From: Pseudomonadota bacterium
GTDB lineage: Bacteria; Pseudomonadota; Gammaproteobacteria; Burkholderiales; Burkholderiaceae_C
Assembly: GCA_040387435.1 (NCBI GenBank)
Contig: JAZKDR010000019.1
Location: 331 to 64,330, forward strand
Direction of reading: 5' to 3'
DNA length: 64,000 nucleotides
The notes under the pieces: model-generated
The model's input: only the letters and a program-made list of their open reading frames with translations
The model's database searches: none
Told to the model about the DNA's origin: nothing
Made by a program: the position numbers and the translations under genes
Shown here: piece after piece, positions 38,033 through 47,174 of the stretch
Numbering within the stretch: the first letter of the stretch is position 1
Layout: the number at the start of each line of letters is the position of its first letter

Positions 38033-39085
38033 CTATTTGTTCAGTACAAAAATCGACGTGCTGCTGGTGTCCGACTCTGCCTTCATCAATTCCTTCATCA
38101 TGCGGCGTACGCGCACGGCCGCAGCATCGGACGACAGCAACACCGGTTGCAGCGCATCCAGGTCGGTCGTTCCCATCATGTCCTGCACCGCCTCAAGCAT
38201 GGGTTTGTCCTGCTCGTGAAAACCCAGTTGCTGCCAGTTCTGCGTTTCAAGGTCGGCTTTCGGGTCGTCGATGAGGTAGTTGCGCGAGCTGGCGTAAAAG
38301 TAGTGCGTGGTAGTCGCGGTTTCGGGCGTCACGATGTGTGTGCCCTGCCGCCGGATGCCTTCTTCACGCGCACGACCCACCGGCACGACACCGACCTCCA
38401 GAAGGCAGGCGCCGGGCGCATACCAGCGGATGTTGAGCCAGTAGTCGACGGGCGCAGCCGGGTCGTCCAGGAAAGGCGTGAACGACTGCGGCGCCAGCGT
38501 GGACGGTATCGAGCGCAGGCTGTCCAGCGTCCGCCCCTTGTGCACGACCTCATGTTTGGCCGCCAGGAAGTCGTCGTTCTTCTGGTAGGGCGCATGCAGG
38601 TAGTTCACGTGCGTCAAATCCATCAGGTTGTCGACGACGAGCTCGTAGTTGGCCTTTTGCAGCATGACGTCGCCAATCGTCTTGAGCTTCGGATCGACGA
38701 GATGGCTGTAATCGGGAATCTCCGCCGGGTCTGCCAGATCGGGCTGGCCCATCCAGATCCAGACCAGTCCATGCTGTTCCACCAACGGGTAAGACTTGAC
38801 CCTGGCTGCCGACGGGATTTTGTGGTCGCCGTGGGGGTTGTCGACACAGGCGCCCGAGCAGTCGAACTTCAGGCCGTGGTAGCCGCATTCGACAACATCG
38901 CCCACCAGCTTGCCCAGATGCAGGGGCGCAAAGCGGTGCGGGCAGCGGTTGCCGATGGCCGTGGCCTCGCCGTTTTCCTTGCGATAAAAAAGCACGGGCT
39001 CGCCGAGCAGCTTGCGCGGCATGAGTTCACGTTTGACTTCATGGGCCCAGGCACCGACGTACCAGGTATTGCGGAGAAATGCCAT
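38033..39085 (-). CDS. Rieske [2Fe-2S] non-heme-iron oxygenase, VanA/phthalate-dioxygenase class
   Basis: 350 aa opening MAFLRNTWYVGAWAHEV, with the Rieske motif CPHRFAPL...CGYHGLKF. No reductase gene is adjacent. Confidence 0.85.
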   Translation of the reverse strand: MAFLRNTWYVGAWAHEVKRELMPRKLLGEPVLFYRKENGEATAIGNRCPHRFAPLHLGKLVGDVVECGYHGLKFDCSGACVDNPHGDHKIPSAARVKSYPLVEQHGLVWIWMGQPDLADPAEIPDYSHLVDPKLKTIGDVMLQKANYELVVDNLMDLTHVNYLHAPYQKNDDFLAAKHEVVHKGRTLDSLRSIPSTLAPQSFTPFLDDPAAPVDYWLNIRWYAPGACLLEVGVVPVGRAREEGIRRQGTHIVTPETATTTHYFYASSRNYLIDDPKADLETQNWQQLGFHEQDKPMLEAVQDMMGTTDLDALQPVLLSSDAAAVRVRRMMKELMKAESDTSSTSIFVLNK

Positions 39086-39195
39086 CTGTTTCCTTCGTGG
39101 GGCACGGCCTTGGTGGCCGCTGTAAATGCCCAGATCTTAGGAAGCAGCAGCCACCAGCACAAACGAAAGCTCGGCAGGTCAGAGTTGAGAAAAAC

Positions 39196-40113
39196 TCAGG
39201 TCCCGTTGCGGCCCGACGGAGCTGACTGGCCTGGTGCGAACTCTCCCAGCAGCCAGTCCCGAAAGGCCAGCACCTTGCCGGACAGAACCCTTTCCTCCGG
39301 ATAGACCAGGTAATAGGCACCGGGGCCTTTCGCAGTCAGTGGCCACGGCTGCACCAGCCGGCCGGATTCCAGTTCCTTGACCACCATCTCGGGGTCGACC
39401 ACCGCCAGCCCCAGCCCGGCTTCAGCGGCCTCGATCACCAGGTTACGGCTCTCCAGCGTCAGCAGCCGCGGCGTGGCGTCCGGTGTCACGCCGGCTTTTT
39501 GCAGCCACAACTCCCAATCCTGCGGCCGCTGTTTGGCTTCCAGCAACTGATAGCCGTACACATCGTCATAACGCGCCAGTGGCCGTTGTGCGAGCACCGC
39601 AGGCGCGCACACCAGCACCAGGTATTCGTCACGCAAAAAATCTGCTGCCAGACCGCGCCACTGGCCATCACCATAAAACACGGCGCAGTCAACGTTGTCG
39701 TGGTCAAAATTGGCGTCCACGCGGGACACGCGGATTTCGGTGTTGGCGACCTGCGCCGGAAAGCGCGTGAAGCGCGGCAGCAACCAGCGTGAGGCGAACG
39801 TATGCAGCGCACTCACCACCAGCGCCTTGTCTTGCGCCGGGCCTGCGGCCTCACGCAGGGCCGCCGCAAGCGCGATGAGGCTTTCGTCCACGCGTGCGTG
39901 CAGCTTGCGGCCCACATCGGTGAACTGCAAACCCCGGCCGTTGCGCGCGAACAGCTTGGTGCCCAGCCGATCCTCCAGCTGACCCAGCTGGTGGCTGAGG
40001 GCCGATGCCGTCAGGTGCAGCTCTTCAGCCGCCCGCGCCAGGCTCAGATGTTTGCCGATGACCTGGAAGCTGCGCAGGTGGTTCAGCGGCGGTGTCGGCG
40101 TGCGGAAGGTCAT
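39196..40113 (-). CDS. LysR-family transcriptional regulator (GcvA-like)
   Basis: Start trimmed to the ATG at 40113: MTFRTPTPPLNHLRSFQVIGKHLSLARAAEELHLTASALSHQLGQLE. Confidence 0.85.
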   Translation of the reverse strand: MTFRTPTPPLNHLRSFQVIGKHLSLARAAEELHLTASALSHQLGQLEDRLGTKLFARNGRGLQFTDVGRKLHARVDESLIALAAALREAAGPAQDKALVVSALHTFASRWLLPRFTRFPAQVANTEIRVSRVDANFDHDNVDCAVFYGDGQWRGLAADFLRDEYLVLVCAPAVLAQRPLARYDDVYGYQLLEAKQRPQDWELWLQKAGVTPDATPRLLTLESRNLVIEAAEAGLGLAVVDPEMVVKELESGRLVQPWPLTAKGPGAYYLVYPEERVLSGKVLAFRDWLLGEFAPGQSAPSGRNGT

Positions 40114-40203
40114 AGCGCTGGATGATAGTGATGTCTTCCAGGCGGGTCTCAAAATTTTCAACACGGTGCGCCGCCAGGCACGCGAGGTCGGCAACGCGCT
40201 GGA

Positions 40204-40350
40204 TTGCTACGCTTTTAGTAGCTGCTCACGCTCGTTTCTATTGGCCTGCAGCCTGATTTGGCAGTCAAAAACGGCCTTTTGGGGTCAATTTTTGACAACT
40301 CCGACAGTGCCGGAGCGCCGAAAGCGGCAAAATGTAAAGTCGACTTTACA
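40204..40350 (+). repeat. Intergenic repeat family, copy C
   Basis: ttgctacgcttttagtagctgctcacgctcgtttctattggcctgcagcctgatttggcagtcaaaaacggcc...aaaatgtaaag-tcga-ctttaca. Confidence 0.85.
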
Positions 40351-40356
40351 TCCAGC

Positions 40357-41205
40357 TTATTGCGCCGCCGGCATCGGGTACTCGTCTGCGTTGCGGACGA
40401 CGCCGGGCTGCAGCGAGAAATCCATGCGCGGCGGGCCGAAGATGTCGATCAGCCAGGCCACGCCTTCGCCCACGTCGCGTGTGGTGTGGATCAGGTTCGC
40501 CGGGATCACGACCGTCGAGGGGCTGTCGACATGCAGGTGCTCGTCGTCGCGCCAGGTCGTGGAATCCGGCGTCCACGGTGTGCGCAGGTGGTGGATAAAG
40601 CTGCCTTCCAGCGTCAGCGAAATCTGCTCGAAGTCGCCGTGCGAATGCGGCGTCATCTTGCGCGGGTCGCGCCTGTCGGTCTTGCGCTCGAACACATTGA
40701 TCATCAGGTTGGTGCTGCGAAACAGGCGGCCGAAAATTTTCGGGTCGGTGTACCCGGCCAGCGTGTAGTTGCGCAGCTTGAAGCCGCCGACGGGCATGGG
40801 CCAATCGACGAGCGGTGCCACACCGGGCGCGCCGTTGGCATAAACACCGGCGTTATCGGCCTGGGCGGCCAGGTCGGTCGCGCGAACGGTGAAGACACGC
40901 GTCACGGTGCCGCTGTCCAGCAGCTTGATGGCGCTGGCGCCTGGCGGCACGATGGTCAGTGACTCCGGTCCGGCCTCGACTGATTCCCCTTTGGCCGTGA
41001 CCTGCGCGCGCACGCCAGGCGGCAACAGCAGCAGGTACTCGTCAGGGTTGTCGCTGCGCGCGAGTTCCGTGCCAGCCGCCACCTGGCTGACCACGACCAC
41101 GACATTGGCGCTGCGTGTGATCCAGGTCTTCTGGCCTTCGGTGTTGACTTGCGGTTCGCTGGCGTAATACAGGCCGCGGCTGGGCTCGACGGTGACGGCT
41201 GACAT
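40357..41205 (-). CDS. Cupin-domain protein (apparently two cupin barrels), function unknown
   Basis: 282 aa. The C-terminal half has a cupin metal motif (PHSHGDFEQISLTLEG...H). The N-terminal half looks like a second degenerate barrel. Confidence 0.55.
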   Translation of the reverse strand: MSAVTVEPSRGLYYASEPQVNTEGQKTWITRSANVVVVVSQVAAGTELARSDNPDEYLLLLPPGVRAQVTAKGESVEAGPESLTIVPPGASAIKLLDSGTVTRVFTVRATDLAAQADNAGVYANGAPGVAPLVDWPMPVGGFKLRNYTLAGYTDPKIFGRLFRSTNLMINVFERKTDRRDPRKMTPHSHGDFEQISLTLEGSFIHHLRTPWTPDSTTWRDDEHLHVDSPSTVVIPANLIHTTRDVGEGVAWLIDIFGPPRMDFSLQPGVVRNADEYPMPAAQ

Positions 41206-41239
41206 GGGGAATCCTTTCGGCGTTAATCGTGGGGGAAAT

Positions 41240-42007
41240 TTAAACGGCGGATGCCTTGAACCGGGCCAGCTCGGCCGTGGCTGCCTGGCGCAACAGGCCC
41301 TGCTCTGAAGACATGATGAAGGTGTTGATGCCCAGTTCGCGCAGCGCAGGGATTTCAGCCGAGCTGTTGACGAAAGCGCACAGCGGTTTGCCGGCCGCCT
41401 TCACGGCGCTGACAAACCGCGCGATGGCCGCCTTCACGGGTGCGGCATCGGTCGCCGACTCACCGAGCGCCACCGTCAAATCGCCGCGCCCCAGAAAGAA
41501 GGCATCGATGCCATCGACGGCGACGATGTCCTCGATATGGTCAAGTGCTTCCGGGTCTTCCAGCATGGCGATGATGGTGGTGCGTGTGTCGTTGCCTTCG
41601 ATGTGCGCGGCCAGGCCCAGACGGCCGTAACCACCGGCGCGAGACGAGTTGGTGAACCCGCGCCGGCCCGGCCGGTAGCGGCAGGCCTCGACCACTTCCT
41701 TCGCCGTTTTAGCGCTGGAAACGTGGGGCACCATGACGCCCGTGGCGCCGCAATCCAGCGCCGTCAATATCGTGGCCGTGCTTTCAACCCGCACCAGCGC
41801 ATCAATGCCGCTGGCTCTCGCCGCCAGCAACGCGAGGTCAATCGCGTTGCGGTCCCAGGGCGCGTGTTCTGCATCGATCACCACGAAGTCGAGCCCGGCA
41901 TCGCCCAGCACTTCGATGGCCTGCACGCCGGGCGTCTTGATAAAGGTTCCCAGCAGGCTTTCGCGTTCGGCGAGACGTTGGCGAAAGCCTTTTTTCTGTT
42001 CTGTCAT
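41240..42007 (-). CDS. HpcH/HpaI-family 2-keto-3-deoxy-acid aldolase
   Basis: 255 aa with GTFIKTPGVQAIEVLGDAGLDFVVIDAEHAP and a PHV... motif, typical of class II pyruvate aldolases. Confidence 0.85.
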   Translation of the reverse strand: MTEQKKGFRQRLAERESLLGTFIKTPGVQAIEVLGDAGLDFVVIDAEHAPWDRNAIDLALLAARASGIDALVRVESTATILTALDCGATGVMVPHVSSAKTAKEVVEACRYRPGRRGFTNSSRAGGYGRLGLAAHIEGNDTRTTIIAMLEDPEALDHIEDIVAVDGIDAFFLGRGDLTVALGESATDAAPVKAAIARFVSAVKAAGKPLCAFVNSSAEIPALRELGINTFIMSSEQGLLRQAATAELARFKASAV

Positions 42008-42056
42008 GTGAAGTCCATTGAGTCGAAAAAAAGCGGGGGCAAGCCCCCGCCCTGCA

Positions 42057-43046
42057 TCAATCCAGCTTGGCGCCGGAGTCCTTGATCTTCTTCTCGGCCA
42101 GCGCGCGGTCTTTTACCAAAAAGGCAGCGAACTGTTCAGGCGTTTCACCGAGAGGGTCAAAGCCATAAGGGTCAAGTGTTTTTTCAACAAAGGACTGGTC
42201 TGCCAGCACCTTGCGCGTCGCGCTGGCAATTTCGTCAATCACGGGCTTGGGCACACCCTTGGGCACGGTGAGGCCGAGGAAGAAATACATCTCGGTGGCG
42301 GGGAAGCCTGCTTCTGTAAAGGTCGGCACATTGGGCAGGGACTTGGCGCGCTTGCTGCCATTGATGGCCAGCACCTTCAGCTTGCCCGACGCCACATAGG
42401 GCGTGGCGGCCGAGCTGCCGGCGACCATGATCTGCACCTGGCCGCCCAACAAATCCTGCACGGCAGGCGCGATGCCCTTGTAGGCGACGTGCGTGATGTC
42501 AAAGCCTTCGCGGCGCGCGAAAGCATCCACCGGCAAATGGGTCGGGCCGCCCGCACCGGCCGAGCCATAGTTGTACTTGCCGGGGTTGGCCTTCATCAGC
42601 GTCACAAACTCCTTGAGATTGTTGACGGGCAGGCTGCCGTTGACGATGAACACCTCATTGACAAAGGTCACGCGGGTCACCGGCACCAGGTCGGTCAGCG
42701 GGTTGTAGGGCAGCTTGCTGAACAGGAATCGGTTGCTCGAAAACGTCGTATCGGTGCCGAGAAGAATGGTGTAGCCGTCAGGTGCGGATTTTGCCGTGAG
42801 ATCGGCGGCAATGATTTCGTTGGCACCGCCCCGGTTGTCGACCAGCACGGGCTGGTTCCAGATCTTGGACAGGCGGTCGGCCAGGCCGCGCGCCACGCCG
42901 TCAATCGGGCCGCCGGCCGGATAAGGCACGATCAGCTTCACGGGCCTGGTCGGCCACGCATCTGCCGCCATGACGGGTGCGGCGAGTGCGAGGCAGGCGG
43001 CTGCCAATGCGGCGCGACGGCTGCTGGAAAATAGTGTGGTGGTCAT
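42057..43046 (-). CDS. Bug-family (TctC-like) substrate-binding protein
   Basis: Start trimmed to the ATG at 43046 (MTTTLFSSSRRAALAAACLALAAPVMAADAWPTRPVKLIVPYPAGGPIDGVAR), preceded by AGGAGA. Confidence 0.88.
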   Translation of the reverse strand: MTTTLFSSSRRAALAAACLALAAPVMAADAWPTRPVKLIVPYPAGGPIDGVARGLADRLSKIWNQPVLVDNRGGANEIIAADLTAKSAPDGYTILLGTDTTFSSNRFLFSKLPYNPLTDLVPVTRVTFVNEVFIVNGSLPVNNLKEFVTLMKANPGKYNYGSAGAGGPTHLPVDAFARREGFDITHVAYKGIAPAVQDLLGGQVQIMVAGSSAATPYVASGKLKVLAINGSKRAKSLPNVPTFTEAGFPATEMYFFLGLTVPKGVPKPVIDEIASATRKVLADQSFVEKTLDPYGFDPLGETPEQFAAFLVKDRALAEKKIKDSGAKLD

Positions 43047-43139
43047 CGTTATCTCCTGGTTCAAGTTTTGAAAAAATGCCCTCGTGGGCCTGTTACCGCG
43101 AAACTCCAAAACCTTGCAGGAACGACGACCCGGACGGGT

Positions 43140-43925
43140 CTATCGGCTCCTGCCCGGCCTGAAACCTATGCTTTCGGAAATACTGGCACCCGCACTGACC
43201 ATGGTGTCGATCTGCGCCTTGGTGGCCTTGCCGGGCATGAACTGCACGGCATCGACGATGGCCAGCGTGGCCACCAGTTTTCCTGCTGCATCAAAAATGG
43301 GAACGGCCAAAGCGTTGAGGCCGATGACCGCCTCGTTGGGCGCCATGGACCAGCCTTGCCGGCGAATCTGCTCGAGCTCTTTTTCGAGCTCTTTCTCGCT
43401 GGTGATGGTGTGCGGTGTGAGGGCCACGAGGCCGGCACCGACGATTTTTTTGACCTGCGCCGCGCTGCCGTAAGCCAGGGCAATCTTGCCTTGCGCAGAG
43501 TGGTGGTAACCCAGCACCGAGCCAGGCTTGACGGTGATCTCGATGGCCGAGGTGCCCGAGTGCACCGACACCACACGCACGCCGCCCTTGTCCAGCATGC
43601 CGAGGATGACCGAATGTTTGAGCGCGTTGCGCACCTTGCGCATCACCGGGTCGGCCTCACGCACGATGTCGACGCTGTCGTGCACCGCATGCCCCAGCGC
43701 CACCATGCGTGCGCCGACGCGGTAACGCTCGGAGGCTTCGTCCTGCACGACATAGCCCTGCTGCGCCAGCGTGCGCAGGTGCCGGAAGACCTTGCTTTTG
43801 TTGGTGCCGAAATGGTCGGCGATCGCCGTCACGCCTACCGGCTCGCGCTGCACGGCAACGTGCTCCAGTATTTCGAGGGCAAACAGGACGGCTTGAACGC
43901 CTGTGGTTTCCTTGGGCTCGGTCAT
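43140..43925 (-). CDS. IclR-family transcriptional regulator
   Basis: Start trimmed to the ATG at 43925. The HTH is VQAVLFALEILEHVA...VGVTAIADHFGTNKSKVFRHLRTLAQQGYV, followed by an IclR effector domain. Confidence 0.85.
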   Translation of the reverse strand: MTEPKETTGVQAVLFALEILEHVAVQREPVGVTAIADHFGTNKSKVFRHLRTLAQQGYVVQDEASERYRVGARMVALGHAVHDSVDIVREADPVMRKVRNALKHSVILGMLDKGGVRVVSVHSGTSAIEITVKPGSVLGYHHSAQGKIALAYGSAAQVKKIVGAGLVALTPHTITSEKELEKELEQIRRQGWSMAPNEAVIGLNALAVPIFDAAGKLVATLAIVDAVQFMPGKATKAQIDTMVSAGASISESIGFRPGRSR

Positions 43926-43971
43926 GGTCGTTACTTCGCGTTGAAAGCCGGGATATTCCGGCTCCGCGATG

Positions 43972-44712
43972 TTAGCTTTGCGTGACTTGTCCATCACCGC
44001 TGCTGGCCCAGTTCGTGTTTGCTGTCGCGGCCTGCACAAGCTGCTTGTCTATGGCGGGCCCGGATGCCATTTTTTCTGCCAGCGCGCCGAGTTTTGCCGA
44101 CCAGTCGCTCAGGTACTGCTCGCGCTCGGCCTGGCTCACGCGCGGCGAAGCGTAGGCGACAAAGCTGGGTGCGACTTCCAGCCCGAGGTACTCGAGCATG
44201 GTGCGGCGATGCGGGTAGAGCAGGTTTTCGATAGGGCCGTACACACCGCCTTCGGAAAACCGCTCGGGTGTGCCGCCTGTGGTCAGTGCCACCACACCAT
44301 GCCGGCCCTTGAAGAAGCCGCTGTCGAAACGCTTGCCATCGGCATACGCAAACCCATAGGCCAACACGCGGTCAAACCAGCCCTTGAGAATCGCCGGCAT
44401 GCCGCCCCACCACAGCGGGTAGACAAAAATGAAGAGGTCGGCATCGGCGACGCGCTGTTGCTCCCGCGCCAGCTCGCTTGAAAATCCCTGCTCCTGGCTG
44501 GCCTTGAGCTGTTCCTGCTGGTAGTGAAACCTGCCGGCATCGGCCACCGTGTTGAAGTCATGCCGCCCCGCGACAGGGTTGAAATTTTCTGCGTACAGGT
44601 CTGACACCACGACCTTGTAACCCTTTGCCGATAGCGTTTTGACGGCCGCGTCTTTCAGCGCCGCCGAGAAAGAGGTGGGTTCCGGATTCGCGTAGACGAT
44701 CAGGGTGTTCAT
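43972..44712 (-). CDS. Flavodoxin-like-fold NAD(P)H:quinone oxidoreductase (NQO1/MdaB/KefF-like)
   Basis: 246 aa with MNTLIVYANPEPTSFSAAL and ...FIFVYPLWWGGMPAILKGWFDRV. Confidence 0.82.
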   Translation of the reverse strand: MNTLIVYANPEPTSFSAALKDAAVKTLSAKGYKVVVSDLYAENFNPVAGRHDFNTVADAGRFHYQQEQLKASQEQGFSSELAREQQRVADADLFIFVYPLWWGGMPAILKGWFDRVLAYGFAYADGKRFDSGFFKGRHGVVALTTGGTPERFSEGGVYGPIENLLYPHRRTMLEYLGLEVAPSFVAYASPRVSQAEREQYLSDWSAKLGALAEKMASGPAIDKQLVQAATANTNWASSGDGQVTQS

Positions 44713-44755
44713 GGTGTGGTGTGCGATTGCGGGGTAGCGGACGGATGGTGAGGGC

Positions 44756-45703
44756 TCAGAGACCGACGAGCTTGGCCGCGTTGGTCGAGACCATCTTGCG
44801 CACGTCTGCCTCGCTGTAGCCGAGGTCCAGGCAGATCTCGATCACGCTGAGGAAGCCATCCACCAGGCGCGGGTTGCCGGCCTGGCCTAGGTCGGAGCCG
44901 AGGATGGTGCTGTCCACACCCGCCGCTTCAATCAGGCCGCGCAGAGTTTCCGGATCGAACATGCGGAACTTGGAGTCTTCGGCGAACATGCACATCGAAT
45001 GCTCGATGTAGACACCCATGCCCGCCAGACGCGTGATGTCGGCCAGCGAAGCGCCAATCACGAAGGTCGGGTGGTTGCAGATCATGCGTTTGATGCCGCG
45101 TTTTTTGGCCTCTTCAAACAGCGGCCAGATTTCGCTGATGTTCAGGTGGCCCGACGACAGCACGACATCGCGGTCGGCAATAACGTCAAGGATGGTCAGC
45201 ACGTCAGGCAAGAGCTGACCCTTGTCGTCGACCACATGCACCGGCGTGGGCGGCATCATGGGACGGCTTGAGTTCGGGAAGTTGGTGGTCTGGCCCTTCT
45301 TGTGCTGCTCGATGTGGTTCTTCGACGAGAAGGTCGGCATCCATACCAGCTTGGCGCCCAGCGCAATGCCGTGTTCCACCGCATAGATGTTCAGGCCGCC
45401 GCTCTGGTTGTTCAGGGGCACGCCCGACAGCAGCGTCACATTGAGGTGGCTGAAGTGCTTGTTGAGCATGACCGTCACAGGCGTGACGGAGTAGTAGTGG
45501 TCCTTGATCAGCAGCGCACGCACACCGGCTTCGGAGGCTTCCTGCATGGCTTCGTAATGGTCGAAGTAACGCGGCATGACCGAGGGGCCGCTGTGGCAGT
45601 GCAGGTCAATCGCGCCCTTGAGCAGGCTCTTCGCCAGCCCGGGCTGGTCCTTGCGCCATGCGCCTGGCGCGAGTTCGTAATTCTGTTCTTCGGTCTGCTG
45701 CAT
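44756..45703 (-). CDS. TIM-barrel metal-dependent hydrolase-fold protein (amidohydrolase-like, uncharacterised family)
   Basis: 315 aa with IDLHCHSGPS near the N-terminus and further His/Asp positions (GHLN, NHP, SDLGQ) consistent with an amidohydrolase/PHP-like metal site. Confidence 0.6.
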   Translation of the reverse strand: MQQTEEQNYELAPGAWRKDQPGLAKSLLKGAIDLHCHSGPSVMPRYFDHYEAMQEASEAGVRALLIKDHYYSVTPVTVMLNKHFSHLNVTLLSGVPLNNQSGGLNIYAVEHGIALGAKLVWMPTFSSKNHIEQHKKGQTTNFPNSSRPMMPPTPVHVVDDKGQLLPDVLTILDVIADRDVVLSSGHLNISEIWPLFEEAKKRGIKRMICNHPTFVIGASLADITRLAGMGVYIEHSMCMFAEDSKFRMFDPETLRGLIEAAGVDSTILGSDLGQAGNPRLVDGFLSVIEICLDLGYSEADVRKMVSTNAAKLVGL

Positions 45704-45812
45704 GGTGGGCCTTCTTTCGTCGTGGTCTGGTCGATTTCTGCAGAACTTTTTGTTTTATTCTGCAAAACATGGTATCTTCTGGTGTAACGCATCATAATCC
45801 AGCCGCCAACGC

Positions 45813-45837
45813 AAAAACCAGGGGGAAACCCTTGGTT
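45813..45837 (-). terminator. Possible terminator downstream of uraH
   Basis: On the minus strand, AACCAAGGG-UUUC-CCCCUGGUU is followed by UUUUGCG. The stem has one bulge. Confidence 0.35.
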
Positions 45838-46012
45838 GCACCCGCGTTGCCGCGCAGGCATGCCCTTTGCGCGAAGGAGAAATGACGCACAAGCCAAAGC
45901 GTCCGGCGGCCAGATCGGCAGCCGGAAGGCAGATGTGATTCACAAGGGTTGGGCGTTATGCCCGTGCAGGCGGCAGCCTGCAGCTCATGCAGCGCCGCTC
46001 AGGAAAAAAGGC

Positions 46013-46366
46013 TCAGCTGCCCCGGTAAGTGGAGTAGCTCCACGGGCTGACGAGCAGGGGCACGTGGTAATGCTGGGCGGTGTCGGCCACGCCGAAGTCG
46101 AGGCTGACCAGGTTGAGAAAAGCCGGCTCGGGCAAGGCGACACCGCAAGCGCGGAAATACGCAGCGACATCAAACACCAGCCGGTAATGGCCCGCCTTGA
46201 GGGTGGCGCTGTCGTAGAGCAGGCCGTCGGGGTTGCGGCCATCGGCGTTGAGCGTGAACTGTTTGACCAACGTGGCCTCGCCACCTTGTGTGGTGTACAG
46301 CGAGACCGCCATGCCGGCAGCAGGTTTGCCATGCATGGTGTCCAGTACGTGTGTGCTCAAGCCCAT
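46013..46366 (-). CDS. uraH: 5-hydroxyisourate hydrolase
   Basis: MGLSTHVLDTMHGKPAAG... with the C-terminal YRGS tetrapeptide diagnostic of HIU hydrolases. Start at 46366 sits 5 nt after AAGGA. Confidence 0.92.
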   Translation of the reverse strand: MGLSTHVLDTMHGKPAAGMAVSLYTTQGGEATLVKQFTLNADGRNPDGLLYDSATLKAGHYRLVFDVAAYFRACGVALPEPAFLNLVSLDFGVADTAQHYHVPLLVSPWSYSTYRGS

Positions 46367-46439
46367 GGCCATCCTTTTTGAAATGCTGCTGCGGCGGCGC
46401 GAGGTCCATCACCCCGAATGCCCCGTTTTCGGTTCACTG

Positions 46440-46455
46440 AAAGTGTATACAGTTT
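46440..46455. promoter_or_regulatory. Candidate GntR-family operator in the uraH / gntR-puuE divergent region
   Basis: aaagTGTATACAgttt is a near-perfect 16-bp palindrome with a perfect 8-bp core, placed 27 nt upstream of the GntR start. Confidence 0.35.
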
Positions 46456-46481
46456 TGGTGATTGAAGCTATCATCAAAGCC

Positions 46482-47174
46482 ATGCAATCTTCCGCCGCAG
46501 CCGTTGCCGCCTCCGCCAACCCCACCCATGCGATCGTCGAGGCCCTGACCAGGGCCATCGTCGAGCACCGGCTGCACCCCGGCACCAAGCTGGCAGAACA
46601 AAAACTGGCCGACCATTTCGGCGTCTCGCGCACGCTGGTCCGCCAGGCCCTTTTCCAGCTGTCGCAAAACCGCCTGATACGACTGGAGCCGGCACGCGGT
46701 GCCTTCGTCGCCGCGCCGTCGGTGATCGAGGCGCGCCAGGTGTTTGCGGTGCGCCGCATGCTGGAAGCGGAAATGACGCGCGCCTTTGTACGCGAGGTCA
46801 CCCCCGCGAAGATCAAGGCACTGAAAGACCATGTCGCCAAAGAAAAAGCTGCAGTGGCGCGCGACGATGCGGCCAGCCGTACCGAACTGCTTGGCGATTT
46901 CCATGTCCGCATGGCCGAGCTCATGGGCAATGAAGTGCTGGCGCAATTGCTGGGCGAGCTGATTTCGCGCTGCGCCCTCATTACCCTGATGTACCAGACC
47001 GCCAGCGCCGCAGAACATTCTGCCGACGAGCATTCCGGCATCATCCGCGCCATGGCTGCCAGGGACGAAGCCCTTGCCGTGCAACTGATGACCGAGCACC
47101 TGCTCAGCGTCGAAAAGAACCTTGCTTTTGACCGCAAGGTACCGAGCAACGATTTGTCGATGGCGCTGTCATGA
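46482..47174 (+). CDS. GntR-family (FadR/FCD subfamily) transcriptional regulator
   Basis: Start trimmed to the ATG at 46482. The wHTH is LAEQKLADHFGVSRTLVRQALFQLSQNRLIRLEPARGAFV, followed by an FCD-like C-terminal domain. An ATGA overlap couples it to puuE. Confidence 0.85.
   Translation: MQSSAAAVAASANPTHAIVEALTRAIVEHRLHPGTKLAEQKLADHFGVSRTLVRQALFQLSQNRLIRLEPARGAFVAAPSVIEARQVFAVRRMLEAEMTRAFVREVTPAKIKALKDHVAKEKAAVARDDAASRTELLGDFHVRMAELMGNEVLAQLLGELISRCALITLMYQTASAAEHSADEHSGIIRAMAARDEALAVQLMTEHLLSVEKNLAFDRKVPSNDLSMALS

Noticed and set aside
45882-45938. 18-codon small ORF (MTHKPKRPAARSAAGRQM) preceded by AAGGAG in the amidohydrolase-uraH intergenic region.
   Set aside because: The SD-to-ATG spacing is only 2-3 nt. 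The peptide has no notable features and there is no conservation evidence. It is most likely fortuitous.
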